Numbered from the stretch's first letter, positions 39,610-50,636 are shown. The stretch: 64,000 bases of DNA from Clostridia bacterium (GCA_045589295.1 JAZNOU010000002.1:1-64000), one strand, 5' to 3'. Program-made: numbers and translations. Notes: generated by a model from the sequence alone, not told the origin.

Positions 39610-40890
39610 CTACTCGTAAATTATATTTTCAGTAAGAGCAATATTTATAATTTTGTGAGCAATATCGTCATGCGATTTTACACGGACGGTTACATAATTG
39701 GGGGTATGTCCTTCATAAATGCCGTCTGCAACCTCTTGCTCAAACAAGACAGGGTATGTATTTCCAACGATTTTGCTCAAAAAGTCTTTCTTTGTTGCCG
39801 TGCCAACCTCAGACATTTTCTTAACTCTTTCATCTTTAACGGTTTTGTCAAGCTGACCTTCCATCAACGCAGCTTTTGTACCCTCTCTTATTGAGTAAGG
39901 AAAAACGTGTATGTGTGAAAAACCTATTGATTTTGCAAAATTAAGAGAAGTTGCAAATTCCTCTTCTGTTTCGCCAGGAAAGCCAACTATTATATCAGTT
40001 GTAATTCCTGCGTCGGGGAAAAATTTTCTAATAAGGTCAACAGCATTTTTATACTCTGTTACAGTATATCTTCTGTTCATTCTTTTTAAAACGCTGTCAC
40101 ATCCGCTTTGCAGCGACAAATGAAAGGACGGACAGAACTTGTTTGTATTTTTAACTCTTGTTAAAAAATCTTCAGTTATGACAGTCGGTTCTAGTGAGCC
40201 GAGTCTTATTCTTTCTATGCTTTCCTCTTTTGCTGCACGTTCAATTACGTTGACAAGTCCATAACCGTTTTTTAAATCCTTACCGAATGCGGCAACTTGA
40301 ATACCTGTTATAACAACCTCTTTAAATCCATTTTCACCAAGTTTTTTAAGCTCAGTTGAAATTTCTTCCATATTACGGCTTCTTACAGGACCTCTTACAT
40401 AAGGGATTATGCAGTATGAACAAAATCTGTCACACCCGTCCTCAATTTTAAGCATTGCACGGGTTTTGTTCTGATAGGTAGTAAGGGGCGTTTCTTCAAA
40501 TTCTCTGTGACCTTTCAAATCTTCTACCATAACTACCTGCTCGTTGCTATTTATAAAAAGCTCGACCGCCTGCACAACTTTGCCTTTCATTCCCGTGCCT
40601 AAAATAACATCAGCATCCTTAAAAACCATATTTTCTTTTATAAGATATTGTGCGTAGCATCCTGCCAACACAGTAACCGCGTCAGGGTTTTGGCGTTTCG
40701 CACGACGTACTGCCTGACGTGATTTTTTATCACCTGTGCCCGTAACAGTGCAGGAATTTATAACATAAACATCGCATATTTCATTGAAATCACAAATTTC
40801 ATAACCGCACTTTATAAAGCACTCGCACATGGCTTCTGTTTCGTACTGGTTAACTCTGCATCCCAATGTAAAAAAACCGACTTTTTTCAA
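39610..40890 (-). CDS. mtaB: tRNA methylthiotransferase MtaB
   Basis: TLGCRVNQYE, NSCTVT, GCDRFCSYCIIPYVRG, HVFPYS. Confidence 0.93.
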   Translation of the reverse strand: MKKVGFFTLGCRVNQYETEAMCECFIKCGYEICDFNEICDVYVINSCTVTGTGDKKSRQAVRRAKRQNPDAVTVLAGCYAQYLIKENMVFKDADVILGTGMKGKVVQAVELFINSNEQVVMVEDLKGHREFEETPLTTYQNKTRAMLKIEDGCDRFCSYCIIPYVRGPVRSRNMEEISTELKKLGENGFKEVVITGIQVAAFGKDLKNGYGLVNVIERAAKEESIERIRLGSLEPTVITEDFLTRVKNTNKFCPSFHLSLQSGCDSVLKRMNRRYTVTEYKNAVDLIRKFFPDAGITTDIIVGFPGETEEEFATSLNFAKSIGFSHIHVFPYSIREGTKAALMEGQLDKTVKDERVKKMSEVGTATKKDFLSKIVGNTYPVLFEQEVADGIYEGHTPNYVTVRVKSHDDIAHKIINIALTENIIYE

Positions 40891-40985
40891 AATTTCAACT
40901 CCTTTATATGTAAAAAATTTCATAAAATAATTGACTATTTTTTCTTTTTGGTGTATGATATATACAAAAAGAGGAGGAATTACTT

Positions 40986-41216
40986 ATGAAAAACTTTAAT
41001 ATTATGCTTCATTCAATTAATGATGTAAAAACATTTGTAAACTCAGTTAATAAATATGATTTTGATGTTGACCTTACATCAGGCAGATATGTTGTTGATG
41101 CAAAATCAATTATGGGTATCTTTTCGCTAGATTTGTCAAAGCCAATCAAAGTAGAGGTTTACGCAGAAGAAGTAGGCGCATTTATGGATGAAATGAAACC
41201 TTTTATTGTTGACTAA
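40986..41216 (+). CDS. HPr-like protein
   Basis: VDAKSIMGIFSL (Ser46 motif). Confidence 0.85.
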   Translation: MKNFNIMLHSINDVKTFVNSVNKYDFDVDLTSGRYVVDAKSIMGIFSLDLSKPIKVEVYAEEVGAFMDEMKPFIVD

Positions 41217-41354
41217 CATAAAATTTTTGCAGAAGCCTTTAAAAAGGCTTCTTTTTTTTTCACAAATATTTTACATATACAGTATAGCATAAAGTCACAA
41301 AATGTGCTATAATATAATTGAAAAATTTATTTATTTAAAATAAAGGAGATATAA

Positions 41355-41930
41355 ATGAAAAGTTTAGAGTTTTCTTTTGAAAATAAAAGTGACATAAAAC
41401 TTCTTATTATGTATGTTTTACTGCAGGCGAAAACTGTTGCAAAACAGGATTACTTAAACAAAAATTTCTTTTCTGATTTTATTATGGAAAGTGTTAAAAT
41501 AAGCTATTTTGATTTGCACGATACGATTTTCACTCTTGCTGAAGAGGGATATATTGTAATGTTCGTGAAAAATCATAAGGACGTTTTAGAAATTACTCAA
41601 AAGGGATTGGAAACGGTGGGCTACTTTTTTAAATACATTCCGCTTTCAATAAGGGACAGAATTGACGAGTGCATTTATGATAAAATATTAGAGCACAAGG
41701 AAGAAGAAGCTGTTGAGGTTGATTACTGGAAAGAAAATGAAAAGTGCTACACATCAACACTCAGAATTTTTGATGACGAACAAAAAGCAATGCAGTTTAC
41801 CATCTCATTTCCCGAGGCTGAACATGCCCAGAAACTAATGAAAATGTTTAAAAAAGAACCTCAGGAGTTTTACAAAAAATTTGTTGATATTTGTGCAGAT
41901 GCAATAGACAGGTGTGATAATGAAGAATAA
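41355..41930 (+). CDS. DUF4364-like protein
   Basis: KLLIMYVL, YFDL, ITQKG.ET...IPLSIR. Confidence 0.7.
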   Translation: MKSLEFSFENKSDIKLLIMYVLLQAKTVAKQDYLNKNFFSDFIMESVKISYFDLHDTIFTLAEEGYIVMFVKNHKDVLEITQKGLETVGYFFKYIPLSIRDRIDECIYDKILEHKEEEAVEVDYWKENEKCYTSTLRIFDDEQKAMQFTISFPEAEHAQKLMKMFKKEPQEFYKKFVDICADAIDRCDNEE

Positions 41931-42777
41931 AAAAACGCTGATTACGGTTGTCGTTTTATTCATTGTTGCTTTCATATATACAAACATTACAGATATTGCA
42001 AATAAAAATGAAAATTTTTCTGCAAAAGAAAACTTGTGCGTCAGCTTTTTGGATGTGGGGCAAGGTGATAGTTCGTTTATTGAGTTCCCAAATGGAAAAT
42101 GCATGTTGATTGATGCATCAATTAAAGATGCAGGTGAAAACATAGAAGAATATATAAAGTCCCGCGGGTTTAAAAAAATTGACTATGTTGTTGCAACCCA
42201 TCCGCATTCAGACCATATAGGTGGGATGAAATACATAGCAGAAAATTTTGAAATAGGTGAAGTTTATTTAACCGAAGCGGCTACGACCACCAAAATCTTT
42301 ATTGAATTTTTAGAAACAATCAAAGAAAAAGGGGTTGCAGTAAATAAAGCCAAAAAGGGTCAAAATTTTTCTCAAGATGACGTTTTGGTAGAATTCTTGG
42401 GGCCTGTGAGTGATACTTACGAAGATTTGAATAATTGGTCTGCAGTGGTTAAGGTTACATATAAAGATACGGCATTCCTATTTACGGGAGATGTTGAACG
42501 GTTGGCAGAATATGAACTTATAAATTCAGGTCAGTCTTTAAAGGCAGATGTGTTAAAAGTTGCCCATCACGGTTCGGACTCTTCATCTTCTAATAAGTTT
42601 TTAAAAGAGGTAACCCCTTCGGTTTGTGTTATTTCTTGCGGGAAAAACAATGACTATGGACATCCGCACAAAGAAACGCTTGACAGACTTAGAAGTGTTG
42701 GGACTGAAATTTACCGTACTGATTTAAACCAAACGGTTGTTATAACATCAGACGGGGTGGAGGTAAATGTATTATGA
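41914..42777 (+). CDS. ComEC/Rec2-like metallo-beta-lactamase-fold protein
   Basis: DVGQGDS, THPHSDHIGG, FTGD, HHGS, YGHPH. Confidence 0.92.
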   Translation: MIMKNKKTLITVVVLFIVAFIYTNITDIANKNENFSAKENLCVSFLDVGQGDSSFIEFPNGKCMLIDASIKDAGENIEEYIKSRGFKKIDYVVATHPHSDHIGGMKYIAENFEIGEVYLTEAATTTKIFIEFLETIKEKGVAVNKAKKGQNFSQDDVLVEFLGPVSDTYEDLNNWSAVVKVTYKDTAFLFTGDVERLAEYELINSGQSLKADVLKVAHHGSDSSSSNKFLKEVTPSVCVISCGKNNDYGHPHKETLDRLRSVGTEIYRTDLNQTVVITSDGVEVNVL

Positions 42778-42977
42778 GTTTTATAATTGACCGTTTTGAG
42801 GGTGAATTTGCCGTTGTTGAAGCGTTTGGCAAAACATATAACATTCCCAAAGATCTTTTACCATCAGATGCTAAAGAGGGTAGCGTAATAGAAATATCAG
42901 TAAATGAGGCTGAAACAGACAAAAGGTTTAAAGAGGCAAAATCGTTATTAAAAAGTCTCTTTAATGAAACGGAGTGA
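42774..42977 (+). CDS. DUF3006 family protein
   Basis: IIDRFEGEFAVVE...LP..AKEG. Confidence 0.85.
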   Translation: MSFIIDRFEGEFAVVEAFGKTYNIPKDLLPSDAKEGSVIEISVNEAETDKRFKEAKSLLKSLFNETE

Positions 42978-42982
42978 ATTAA

Positions 42983-43648
42983 ATGCAACAGCTTAACACC
43001 TCAGTACTCGGTAACAGACAAATTCCCAAAAATGTTGACGAGTTTTTTGAGGGCGCAAAAGAATTTAAAAATTTAATGATGATGTATAACTGTGCCATTA
43101 AAGAGGTTACGACAAAATTCGATATACTTAATGACGATATGGCGGCACGTTATAAAAGAAATCCTATTGAGGTTGTAAAATCGAGGGTTAAAAATCCTGA
43201 AAGTATTGTAAAAAAGCTTATTAAAAGAAAGCTTCCGGTTACACTTAATTCAGTTTCGGAAAATCTTAATGACGTAGCTGGAGTAAGAGTTATATGCTCA
43301 TTTGTTGATGATATATATAAGGTGCGTGAAATCTTTTTAAAGCAGGACGATGTAACCTTAATAGAAGAAAAGGACTATATTAAAAATCCAAAGCCAAATG
43401 GCTACAGAAGTTTTCATATGATTGTTGAAATACCCGTTTTTTTTGCAGATGAAAAAGTGCCAATTCGTGTTGAAGTGCAGTTTCGAACCATTGCAATGGA
43501 CTTTTGGGCATCACTGGAACACCAGATGAAATATAAAAAAGAAATTGCAAATGAAGACGAGGTTATTCAAAAGTTAAAAGAATGTGCAGATGTCATTGCT
43601 AAAACTGATCTTAAGATGCAGGAAATAAATGATATGATAAATAAATAA
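42983..43648 (+). CDS. small alarmone (ppGpp) synthetase, GTP pyrophosphokinase family
   Basis: SRVK, DVAGVR, KDYIKNPKPNGYRSFH, EVQFRTIAMDFWASLEH. Confidence 0.95.
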   Translation: MQQLNTSVLGNRQIPKNVDEFFEGAKEFKNLMMMYNCAIKEVTTKFDILNDDMAARYKRNPIEVVKSRVKNPESIVKKLIKRKLPVTLNSVSENLNDVAGVRVICSFVDDIYKVREIFLKQDDVTLIEEKDYIKNPKPNGYRSFHMIVEIPVFFADEKVPIRVEVQFRTIAMDFWASLEHQMKYKKEIANEDEVIQKLKECADVIAKTDLKMQEINDMINK

Positions 43649-43679
43649 AAAAGAGGATGAAAAGCATCCTCTTTTTTAT

Positions 43680-44303
43680 TTATCGGTCGATACCTGTCAT
43701 TAACTTTACAGCTCGTTGCCACGCAGTGCGTTCTTCTTTTGTTAGTGCCTCTTCTTTAAAGCGGTAGTCAAACTTTCTTTGAATTTCTTCCAAGCAGGTT
43801 AGTGCGTGGGCAAGGTTTTTCTTTTGTACCTTGTCTAATTTTTCAATTAAGGCTTTGTCCTTGGTCATTGTTCTTAAAGCATTTAAGTGCGGTTTGCAAA
43901 GGCAGGTGTTTGTTTTATCAAACTTTTCAACAAATTCGTCAGAATTATTAAAAAATTCTAAAAACGCTTTCAAAAAGCTTTGGTTAGCTTCGTTTTCAAG
44001 GTCGCAAATAAGACAACCTTTTTTCTTTTTTCTATCAGAATTTTCAAGGTAGTCCTTGATTAAGTCTGCATAAATTATGCTGTGTCCCAGCGGGTCACCA
44101 TGGTTTAGCATTGCAATTGCGTGCTCTTTGCAAAAACCGCCATACTCTCGGATTATCTTTCTCATTTTTCTGTCATTTACACATTCATAAAAAAAGTTGT
44201 CAATGAACTTTGTCAGCCAGATTTTATGCATAATGCAAACAGGACAGTCCTCGTGGTCAAAATACTCAAGATAATCATAGTATTTCTGAGTTTTATAAAG
44301 CAT
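43680..44303 (-). CDS. DUF6062-like Cys/His-rich protein
   Basis: CPVC, GFCKEH, CLIC, LCKPH, KFDYR. Confidence 0.7.
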   Translation of the reverse strand: MLYKTQKYYDYLEYFDHEDCPVCIMHKIWLTKFIDNFFYECVNDRKMRKIIREYGGFCKEHAIAMLNHGDPLGHSIIYADLIKDYLENSDRKKKKGCLICDLENEANQSFLKAFLEFFNNSDEFVEKFDKTNTCLCKPHLNALRTMTKDKALIEKLDKVQKKNLAHALTCLEEIQRKFDYRFKEEALTKEERTAWQRAVKLMTGIDR

Positions 44304-44363
44304 TGGAATCTCCTTTAAACATAAGCGGCAACAGGGTTACTGTTGCCGCACATTTTTATTTAA

Positions 44364-46184
44364 TTATTCTTTGGGAAGAATAACAATTGAGATTGCTTCT
44401 GAAGTGAAACCGTTCGATGTAATAACAGCTGTAATCAAAGAGCCTTCCTTAATGCTTGATAAAGTTTTTGATTTTTGTGTTTCTCCATCGATGATTGTGG
44501 CATTCTTCTTAACAAATACCTGTCTTGAATTTCCAGTTGATGTTTCAGCAAGCTGAATTAAATAGTAATTAGTATCAACAAACTCAACTACGCCTACAAC
44601 GTTTAATGTGTCAGGAGTTGCAACAGAGCTTACTTCAATTTTTGTGATTGTAGTGCTTTCCATTTTTACTTTTGCACTGTAGCCAAGTCTTAAACCATAA
44701 ACATCTGAAGCTTCACCATTAACAGTAACTTCAAGGCCAGCTGTTGTAAGTGCACATTCGAGATCACCTGAAGATGTTGTAAGTGTCATTGTAGGCTTAG
44801 AAGAAATAACAATTTCTTTAATTGTTCCCTCAACAGTTTTTGTTGCGCTTGTTGCGGTAACAGCGCTAATCTGATTGTAGGTAAGTGTAATGTTCACTCT
44901 GTCGCCAACCATAAGATCTGCGGCGGTTGCATTTGAACCGTTTCTCTTTACACTAACTGTTTTTGCCATAGAATAACTTGCTGCTTCGTTGTTAGAAAGG
45001 GTAACTATAATCTGTGAAGGATCGCCATATGTAAAGCTTTTAATTATGCCGCTTACAGTTTTGGTTTTATTTTCTGCAACAACAGATGCGCCTTTTCCAT
45101 CTTTAACAGTAACCTGAATGTAGCAATCTTTTTGAAGTTGTGCAAATGTTGAACTTACACCATTTATTGTAATTGTGCAGTCATCAGCCAATACAACTAC
45201 CTGAGAGTCAGAACCATCAGGAGATTTAACAGTAATCTTTTTAACATTTGATGATGAAACAGAACCTGAATAAATACCTGAAATTGTTTCATCTGGAATA
45301 CGTGTTAAAAACTCAACTAAAGCAACATTGCCTTTGTTTGCAACAACATTTACTTTAAAATCAGCGGCAACGCCGTTTATGTTAGATGCGATGTTACCAT
45401 CAATACGTAACGGGGTATCGCTTAAAACGTTAACTGTTTTTGATATTCCGCTTGCATCGGTGTATGTAACTGCATTTGTGATTTTGTTAACATCTGTAAC
45501 AGTACCTGTTGAATGTGTTGTTCCCAAATATTCCATTGCGCGATGGAGCATTACTGCCATCTGTGCACGTGTAACTTCAAAGTTTGGATTAAACTTATTG
45601 TCTTCCATACCCTGCATAAGACCTGTTGTTTCGCAGAATTCAACATAAGACTTAGCAGTAGCGGGGATAGAAGAAGAATCCTCATAAGATAAAACAGGCA
45701 TTGTGTTTGCTTTAGCAGTAGCTTCACCGCCTGCAATTTTTGTTATGATAATTGCGGCTTCATATCTCTTAAGAGGCGTAGAGCCTAATTTATTTCCAAT
45801 AAAGTTTTTGAGTTCGGCAGGTGTGTAAATGCCTTTGTATAACAAATATGCAAGATTTCTTTCATACGCAGTATACCCTAAAACATTAACGTCTGCATAG
45901 TTTGCCTCATATGCCGCGTCAACAAACTCAGAAAGTGAGCCTTCCGACGCTCCGGCAATTCTTGAAACCAAAAGAAGTGAATCAACGCGTGTAACAGAGT
46001 TTTCAGGGCGGAAAGTAGAGTCTTCGAAGCCTGCAATGATTTTCTTTGCAGCCATCTCTTCTATTTGTTCATAAGCCCATGAATATTTTGTGCTGCTTAC
46101 ATCAGGAAAGACAGCAGCAGATGCCACGATTGACGTAAAAACGAAAACGAGGCATAAAATCAATGAAAATAAGCGTTTGTTCAT
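44364..46184 (-). CDS. SLH-domain surface protein
   Basis: signal peptide; FPDV, GFEDSTFRPENSVTR, VTRAQMA. Confidence 0.9.
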   Translation of the reverse strand: MNKRLFSLILCLVFVFTSIVASAAVFPDVSSTKYSWAYEQIEEMAAKKIIAGFEDSTFRPENSVTRVDSLLLVSRIAGASEGSLSEFVDAAYEANYADVNVLGYTAYERNLAYLLYKGIYTPAELKNFIGNKLGSTPLKRYEAAIIITKIAGGEATAKANTMPVLSYEDSSSIPATAKSYVEFCETTGLMQGMEDNKFNPNFEVTRAQMAVMLHRAMEYLGTTHSTGTVTDVNKITNAVTYTDASGISKTVNVLSDTPLRIDGNIASNINGVAADFKVNVVANKGNVALVEFLTRIPDETISGIYSGSVSSSNVKKITVKSPDGSDSQVVVLADDCTITINGVSSTFAQLQKDCYIQVTVKDGKGASVVAENKTKTVSGIIKSFTYGDPSQIIVTLSNNEAASYSMAKTVSVKRNGSNATAADLMVGDRVNITLTYNQISAVTATSATKTVEGTIKEIVISSKPTMTLTTSSGDLECALTTAGLEVTVNGEASDVYGLRLGYSAKVKMESTTITKIEVSSVATPDTLNVVGVVEFVDTNYYLIQLAETSTGNSRQVFVKKNATIIDGETQKSKTLSSIKEGSLITAVITSNGFTSEAISIVILPKE

Positions 46185-46346
46185 TTTGTTAACCTCCAAA
46201 ACTTATAGTTTGCTATACAACTATATAATACCATATATTGTGTTTTATGGCAATAGATTTTTTCAAAATATTTTTAATATAGTTTTTGTATAAAGCAGGT
46301 ATTTTATGGGAAAAATTATAAAAAAAGCAAATGAGAGGTAGGGCAA

Positions 46347-47015
46347 ATGAAAAAGCTTATAAGAAGCAAGTGGTTTTATGCAGCTATGTTTATTTGTGCG
46401 TGCGCATTGACGGTAAATGTTTTCACAAAGATGGCGGTTAAAAGGATTGTCAATGAAAAAAGAAGTGAAATAGCTCAGCATAAAGTTATAGACACGAAAA
46501 CAGTATACGAAAATCAAAAGGATGAGGTATCCAACATAGTTAAAGTTGAAGAAGAGCAAGAAACGGAAGAAGTATCACAAGCACCTCAAACTTCAGATGA
46601 GCAGGATGAAAGTTTTTGTTATCCCGTAAATGGTGATATTTTAAACAAATTTTCTGGTTCAGAACTGGTTTATTCTGTGACATTAAAAGAATATCGTGTG
46701 CATAACGGAATAGATATAAAGGCGCCTATGCTTTCGCAGGTTTATGCAGTAAAGGACGGCAAGGTTGATAGTATAAAAAAAGATGGACTAATGGGAAACA
46801 CAATTGTAATTGACCATCTCAATGGCTATAAGTCGGTTTACTCAAATCTTTCATCTGCCGATATGGTAAAAGAGGGGCAAAGTGTAAAAAAGGGTGAGAT
46901 AATAAGCGGCGTGGGTGATACAGCTCTGATAGAAACAGGAATAGATGCACATCTTCATTTTGAGCTTATAAAAGATGGTATTCAGGTTAATCCGGAAGAA
47001 TATTTAAATAATTAA
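46347..47015 (+). CDS. M23 peptidase family protein (SpoIIQ-like)
   Basis: N-terminal TM; HNGID; HLHFE. Confidence 0.85.
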   Translation: MKKLIRSKWFYAAMFICACALTVNVFTKMAVKRIVNEKRSEIAQHKVIDTKTVYENQKDEVSNIVKVEEEQETEEVSQAPQTSDEQDESFCYPVNGDILNKFSGSELVYSVTLKEYRVHNGIDIKAPMLSQVYAVKDGKVDSIKKDGLMGNTIVIDHLNGYKSVYSNLSSADMVKEGQSVKKGEIISGVGDTALIETGIDAHLHFELIKDGIQVNPEEYLNN

Positions 47016-47043
47016 AAAAATCCGCCAACGGCGGATTTTTTTA

Positions 47044-47898
47044 TCAATAAAAGTTTTCTACAAAAACTTTACTTGTTTTTTCACGATTTAAAACTACAAA
47101 GTTTCCTGCCAGGTCATAAGGAAGTTCTATATTTTTAAATTCAGGGTTGTCCATTTTTGAAATAAGAACAGCATAGTTTTTAGCATCGGCTAAGCTGAGA
47201 CTTGACTTAATATTGTTGTTGATTGCAGCATAAACCTTGGGAACAGAAGCAATATATTTTGCATTTGCTTTTTGTTCAAACAGTGTCTGCATAAAATCAC
47301 GTTGAACCTTTGTTCTTTGTATATCACCCATTGGATAACTTCTGAAACGTAAGAGCTGCAAGCTCTTATCGCCATTTAAAATTTGCTGGCCTTTTCTTAA
47401 GTTAATATAAAGGTCTTGCTCCGGGTCTTGGTAATACATATTTTGAGGAACGTAAAAATCAACACCTCCAACAGCATCAATCACATCTTCTACTGCTTTG
47501 AAATTGAAAGTCACGTAATCATGAACCTGTAGTCCGGTAAGTTCTTTTATTTTTGAAACTATTACGCTTTCTCCGCCGTACGCCATTGCCTCTGTAATCT
47601 TGATATAACTGCCTTTTACATTAACTCTTGTGTCCCTTGGTATAGAGGTGCACGCAATGGTGCCTTTTTTTGAAGAAACTGAAAATACCATTATAACATC
47701 GGCGTGGAGTCCGCTTTTATCAGTGCCCATTATAACAATGTTTTTTGTTTGATTAGGCACGGCTTTGTCAAGAATTGCAATTTCTTCGCCGGAGCCTATA
47801 TTTGAATTATAAATATAAGTTAAACCTGCAGTAAAAAAAACAACTAACAAGATAATTGTTGACAGGGAAAATACTGTAATAAACTTTTTGATGTTCAC
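47044..47898 (-). CDS. LCP (LytR-CpsA-Psr) family protein
   Basis: SIPRDT, IDAVGGV, LRFR, GDIQR. Confidence 0.92.
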   Translation of the reverse strand: MNIKKFITVFSLSTIILLVVFFTAGLTYIYNSNIGSGEEIAILDKAVPNQTKNIVIMGTDKSGLHADVIMVFSVSSKKGTIACTSIPRDTRVNVKGSYIKITEAMAYGGESVIVSKIKELTGLQVHDYVTFNFKAVEDVIDAVGGVDFYVPQNMYYQDPEQDLYINLRKGQQILNGDKSLQLLRFRSYPMGDIQRTKVQRDFMQTLFEQKANAKYIASVPKVYAAINNNIKSSLSLADAKNYAVLISKMDNPEFKNIELPYDLAGNFVVLNREKTSKVFVENFY

Positions 47899-47963
47899 TA
47901 TAACGCAAAACCTTTCGTAATTTTAATAGAAAAAGCACTTCCTGTTAGAGAAGTGCTTTTTTC

Positions 47964-48048
47964 TGGTGGGAGAGGGTGGATTCGAACCACCGAAGGCATA
48001 GCCAGCAGATTTACAGTCTGTCCCCTTTGGCCACTCGGGAACTCTCCC
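47964..48048 (-). tRNA. tRNA-Tyr(GTA)
   Basis: cloverleaf, CAGACTGTAAATCTG, CCA. Confidence 0.96.
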
Positions 48049-48055
48049 AAATTAA

Positions 48056-48131
48056 TGGAGCTGGTGATGGGACTCGAACCCGCAACCTGCTGATTACAAA
48101 TCAGCTGCTCTGCCAATTGAGCTACACCAGC
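48056..48131 (-). tRNA. tRNA-Thr(TGT)
   Basis: cloverleaf, GCTGATTTGTAATCAGC, CCA. Confidence 0.96.
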
Positions 48132-48255
48132 TTTTAAACAACTTGAAAAATGCACCTTTTAACTTGCGCTTTTTTTCAAATCGCAAGATATATTGTAATA
48201 CATTATGATGAGTTTGTCAATACTTTTTTTTAAAAAAAGTTATATTTTTTTGTAA

Positions 48256-49422
48256 TTATTTATTTAAAGCAGTAATTGCGGCTTTGAGCTGCAAATCGTC
48301 CTGCCTTGGTAATTCGGAAATTTCGACGCTTTCGTACTTTTCATCCAAAGAAATCTCTATATCAGGTTTGACTCCCGACTTGTCGATTTTTGTGCCGTTT
48401 GGCGAGTAAAAATGACCTATTGTGAGTTTAACCCCGCTATTGTCTTTAAATGAGAATGTGGTTTGTATAGAGCCTTTGCCGTAAGTGTTAACACCGACAA
48501 TTTTAGCTCTTCCGTGGTCTTTTAAGGCAGCTGAAAAAATTTCAGATGCACTTGCACTGTTTTCGTTTACAAGCACAGCCATAGGTGTTTTAAGCAAAAA
48601 TTCATCACTTAAACCTGTTTTATTTTTGTCAGTTGCAGAGTAATCATTTTCGTAGTCTTTATACTTTGCAGTAACAATCACGCCGTCGTTTATAAAAAGG
48701 TCAATGGTGTTTATTGCAACATCCATATACCCGCCCAGGTTGTTTCTTATGTCGATAATAAGTTTTTTACAGTCGCTTAATTTTACGAGCGCATCGATAA
48801 GTTCTTTGTCTGTGTTAACATCAAAACCTGTCATACGGATATAACCTGTATTTCCGTCAAGTTTTTCAAAAGAAACCGTATGCATGCTTATAGGAGCTCG
48901 AACTACGTTAAAGTCCATAGCCTGTTCGTTTCTTTTTACTGAAATTTTGACAGTTGTTCCTTCTTCGCCTAAAATACGCTTGGTAACTTCTGCGAGTGTG
49001 CTGCCTTTTGAAGGAATGTCGTCAACGGCTTCAATAATATCGCCCTTTTTAAGTCCTGCTTTTTGTGCAGGGGAGTCATCATTAATTTCAATAATAACTG
49101 CTTTTTTGTTTTTATTTTGAATTGTAGCACCAATGCCTACATATTCACCTGACAAGCTGTCACTAAAATAGTCAAATCCGTACTCGGAGGTGATGTATAC
49201 AGAGTGTTCATCATTGAGTGCATTAACCATTCCCATTTTTGCGCCTTCGGAAAGAATATTTTTATCAACATCTTCAACATAGTGTTTGTTTATCAAGGCT
49301 TTAAGTAACAGTTCAGAACCGCCGTAATGTTGAAGGGTAAGAAAATAAGTGACCAAGGCGGTTATAACAATAACTGCAAAATATTTTAAGAAAGTCTTTA
49401 ATTTAGTCGATTTCAAAATCAA
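48256..49422 (-). CDS. S41 C-terminal processing peptidase with PDZ domain
   Basis: GIG PDZ loop, DIRNNLGG, SASASE, TYGKGS. Confidence 0.93.
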   Translation of the reverse strand: MILKSTKLKTFLKYFAVIVITALVTYFLTLQHYGGSELLLKALINKHYVEDVDKNILSEGAKMGMVNALNDEHSVYITSEYGFDYFSDSLSGEYVGIGATIQNKNKKAVIIEINDDSPAQKAGLKKGDIIEAVDDIPSKGSTLAEVTKRILGEEGTTVKISVKRNEQAMDFNVVRAPISMHTVSFEKLDGNTGYIRMTGFDVNTDKELIDALVKLSDCKKLIIDIRNNLGGYMDVAINTIDLFINDGVIVTAKYKDYENDYSATDKNKTGLSDEFLLKTPMAVLVNENSASASEIFSAALKDHGRAKIVGVNTYGKGSIQTTFSFKDNSGVKLTIGHFYSPNGTKIDKSGVKPDIEISLDEKYESVEISELPRQDDLQLKAAITALNK

Positions 49423-49464
49423 GCCCCCTGAGATAAAAAACTACAAGACAATTTTATTGCTAAT

Positions 49465-50622
49465 TTATTTAAGATATGCCATAGGATCGGTAGACGAACC
49501 ATTCAATAAAACTTCAAAATGTGAGTGCGGACCTGTTGAAAAACCAGTGCTTCCTACCTTGGCAATGGTTTGTCCGCGTACAACCTGCTGACCAACAGAA
49601 ACTAAGTTTGATGTGTGGTGGGCATAAAGTGTACTTAAACCGTTGCCGTGATTAATTACAATGTAATTTCCGTATGCAGAACTATACTGCGAGGTAACAA
49701 CTAATCCGTCTTCTGCGGCAACAACAGTCGCATTTTTAGGTGCAGCTATATCAATTCCTGTATGGAGTTTATAAACTTTTAAAGTCGGATGAATCCTGTA
49801 GCCGTAAGGGCTTGTTATCGTAGAATATCCCGGTGTAGGCCATGCAAGCTTTCCACCTGAATAGCTAGCTCCGCCTGAACCTGAACTTCTTAAAGTAGCA
49901 GCGATTTGTGCCTTTAATGAGGCTTCTTCACGTTCAAATGCGGCATAAGCCTCTTTGTAGGATTCTATATCATCTTTAAGTTTTGAAATTGTACCTTGCA
50001 ATTCCGCGTCAAGAGAATTTAATTGCTTTTTCTTTTCGATGACAGCATTTTGTTTTTCTTCGTATTCTTCTTTTTCAAGCTCAATTTGAATTTTGGCATC
50101 CTCAATGGTGTTTTTGGTTTCCATTAAGTTGTCATACATATTATTATCGTAATTTAAAAGCTGTTTTATGAGTTCGGCATAAGAAAAAATATCGGAAAGA
50201 TTTTCACCTGAAAATAACAAAGTTATGTAAGATGATGAATTATCTTCATACATAGTACGAAGTCTTACTTTCATAGTTTCGTACTGAAGCTCGGCCTTTT
50301 CTTCAGCTTCTTTTAATTCAATTTCTTTTTGAGCGATGCGCTCTTTTGCATCATCGATATCTTTTTGAATATCATCAATTTCTGACTGTGCAGATGCAAT
50401 TTTTGTTTCTAAAGCACTTTTTTCATCCAGCGCATTTTGCTGTTTTTTTTGTGCTTCATTAATTTTTTGCTGTTGTTCGGCTTTTTTCTTAGAAACTGCA
50501 TCTATGTCGCTTTGAGTAGGTGCGGCTGATGCGATAAATGGCACAACTGCGGAAAAAAGTGCGATGCCTATAAAACAAACTAAAATTATGATTGCAACAA
50601 ATTTTTTGAGTGTTAAATTCAT
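49465..50622 (-). CDS. coiled-coil M23 murein hydrolase (EnvC/CwlO-like FtsEX partner)
   Basis: long coiled coil; HTGID; STGPHSHFE. Confidence 0.9.
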   Translation of the reverse strand: MNLTLKKFVAIIILVCFIGIALFSAVVPFIASAAPTQSDIDAVSKKKAEQQQKINEAQKKQQNALDEKSALETKIASAQSEIDDIQKDIDDAKERIAQKEIELKEAEEKAELQYETMKVRLRTMYEDNSSSYITLLFSGENLSDIFSYAELIKQLLNYDNNMYDNLMETKNTIEDAKIQIELEKEEYEEKQNAVIEKKKQLNSLDAELQGTISKLKDDIESYKEAYAAFEREEASLKAQIAATLRSSGSGGASYSGGKLAWPTPGYSTITSPYGYRIHPTLKVYKLHTGIDIAAPKNATVVAAEDGLVVTSQYSSAYGNYIVINHGNGLSTLYAHHTSNLVSVGQQVVRGQTIAKVGSTGFSTGPHSHFEVLLNGSSTDPMAYLK

Positions 50623-50636
50623 AAGCTGCCTCCCCG

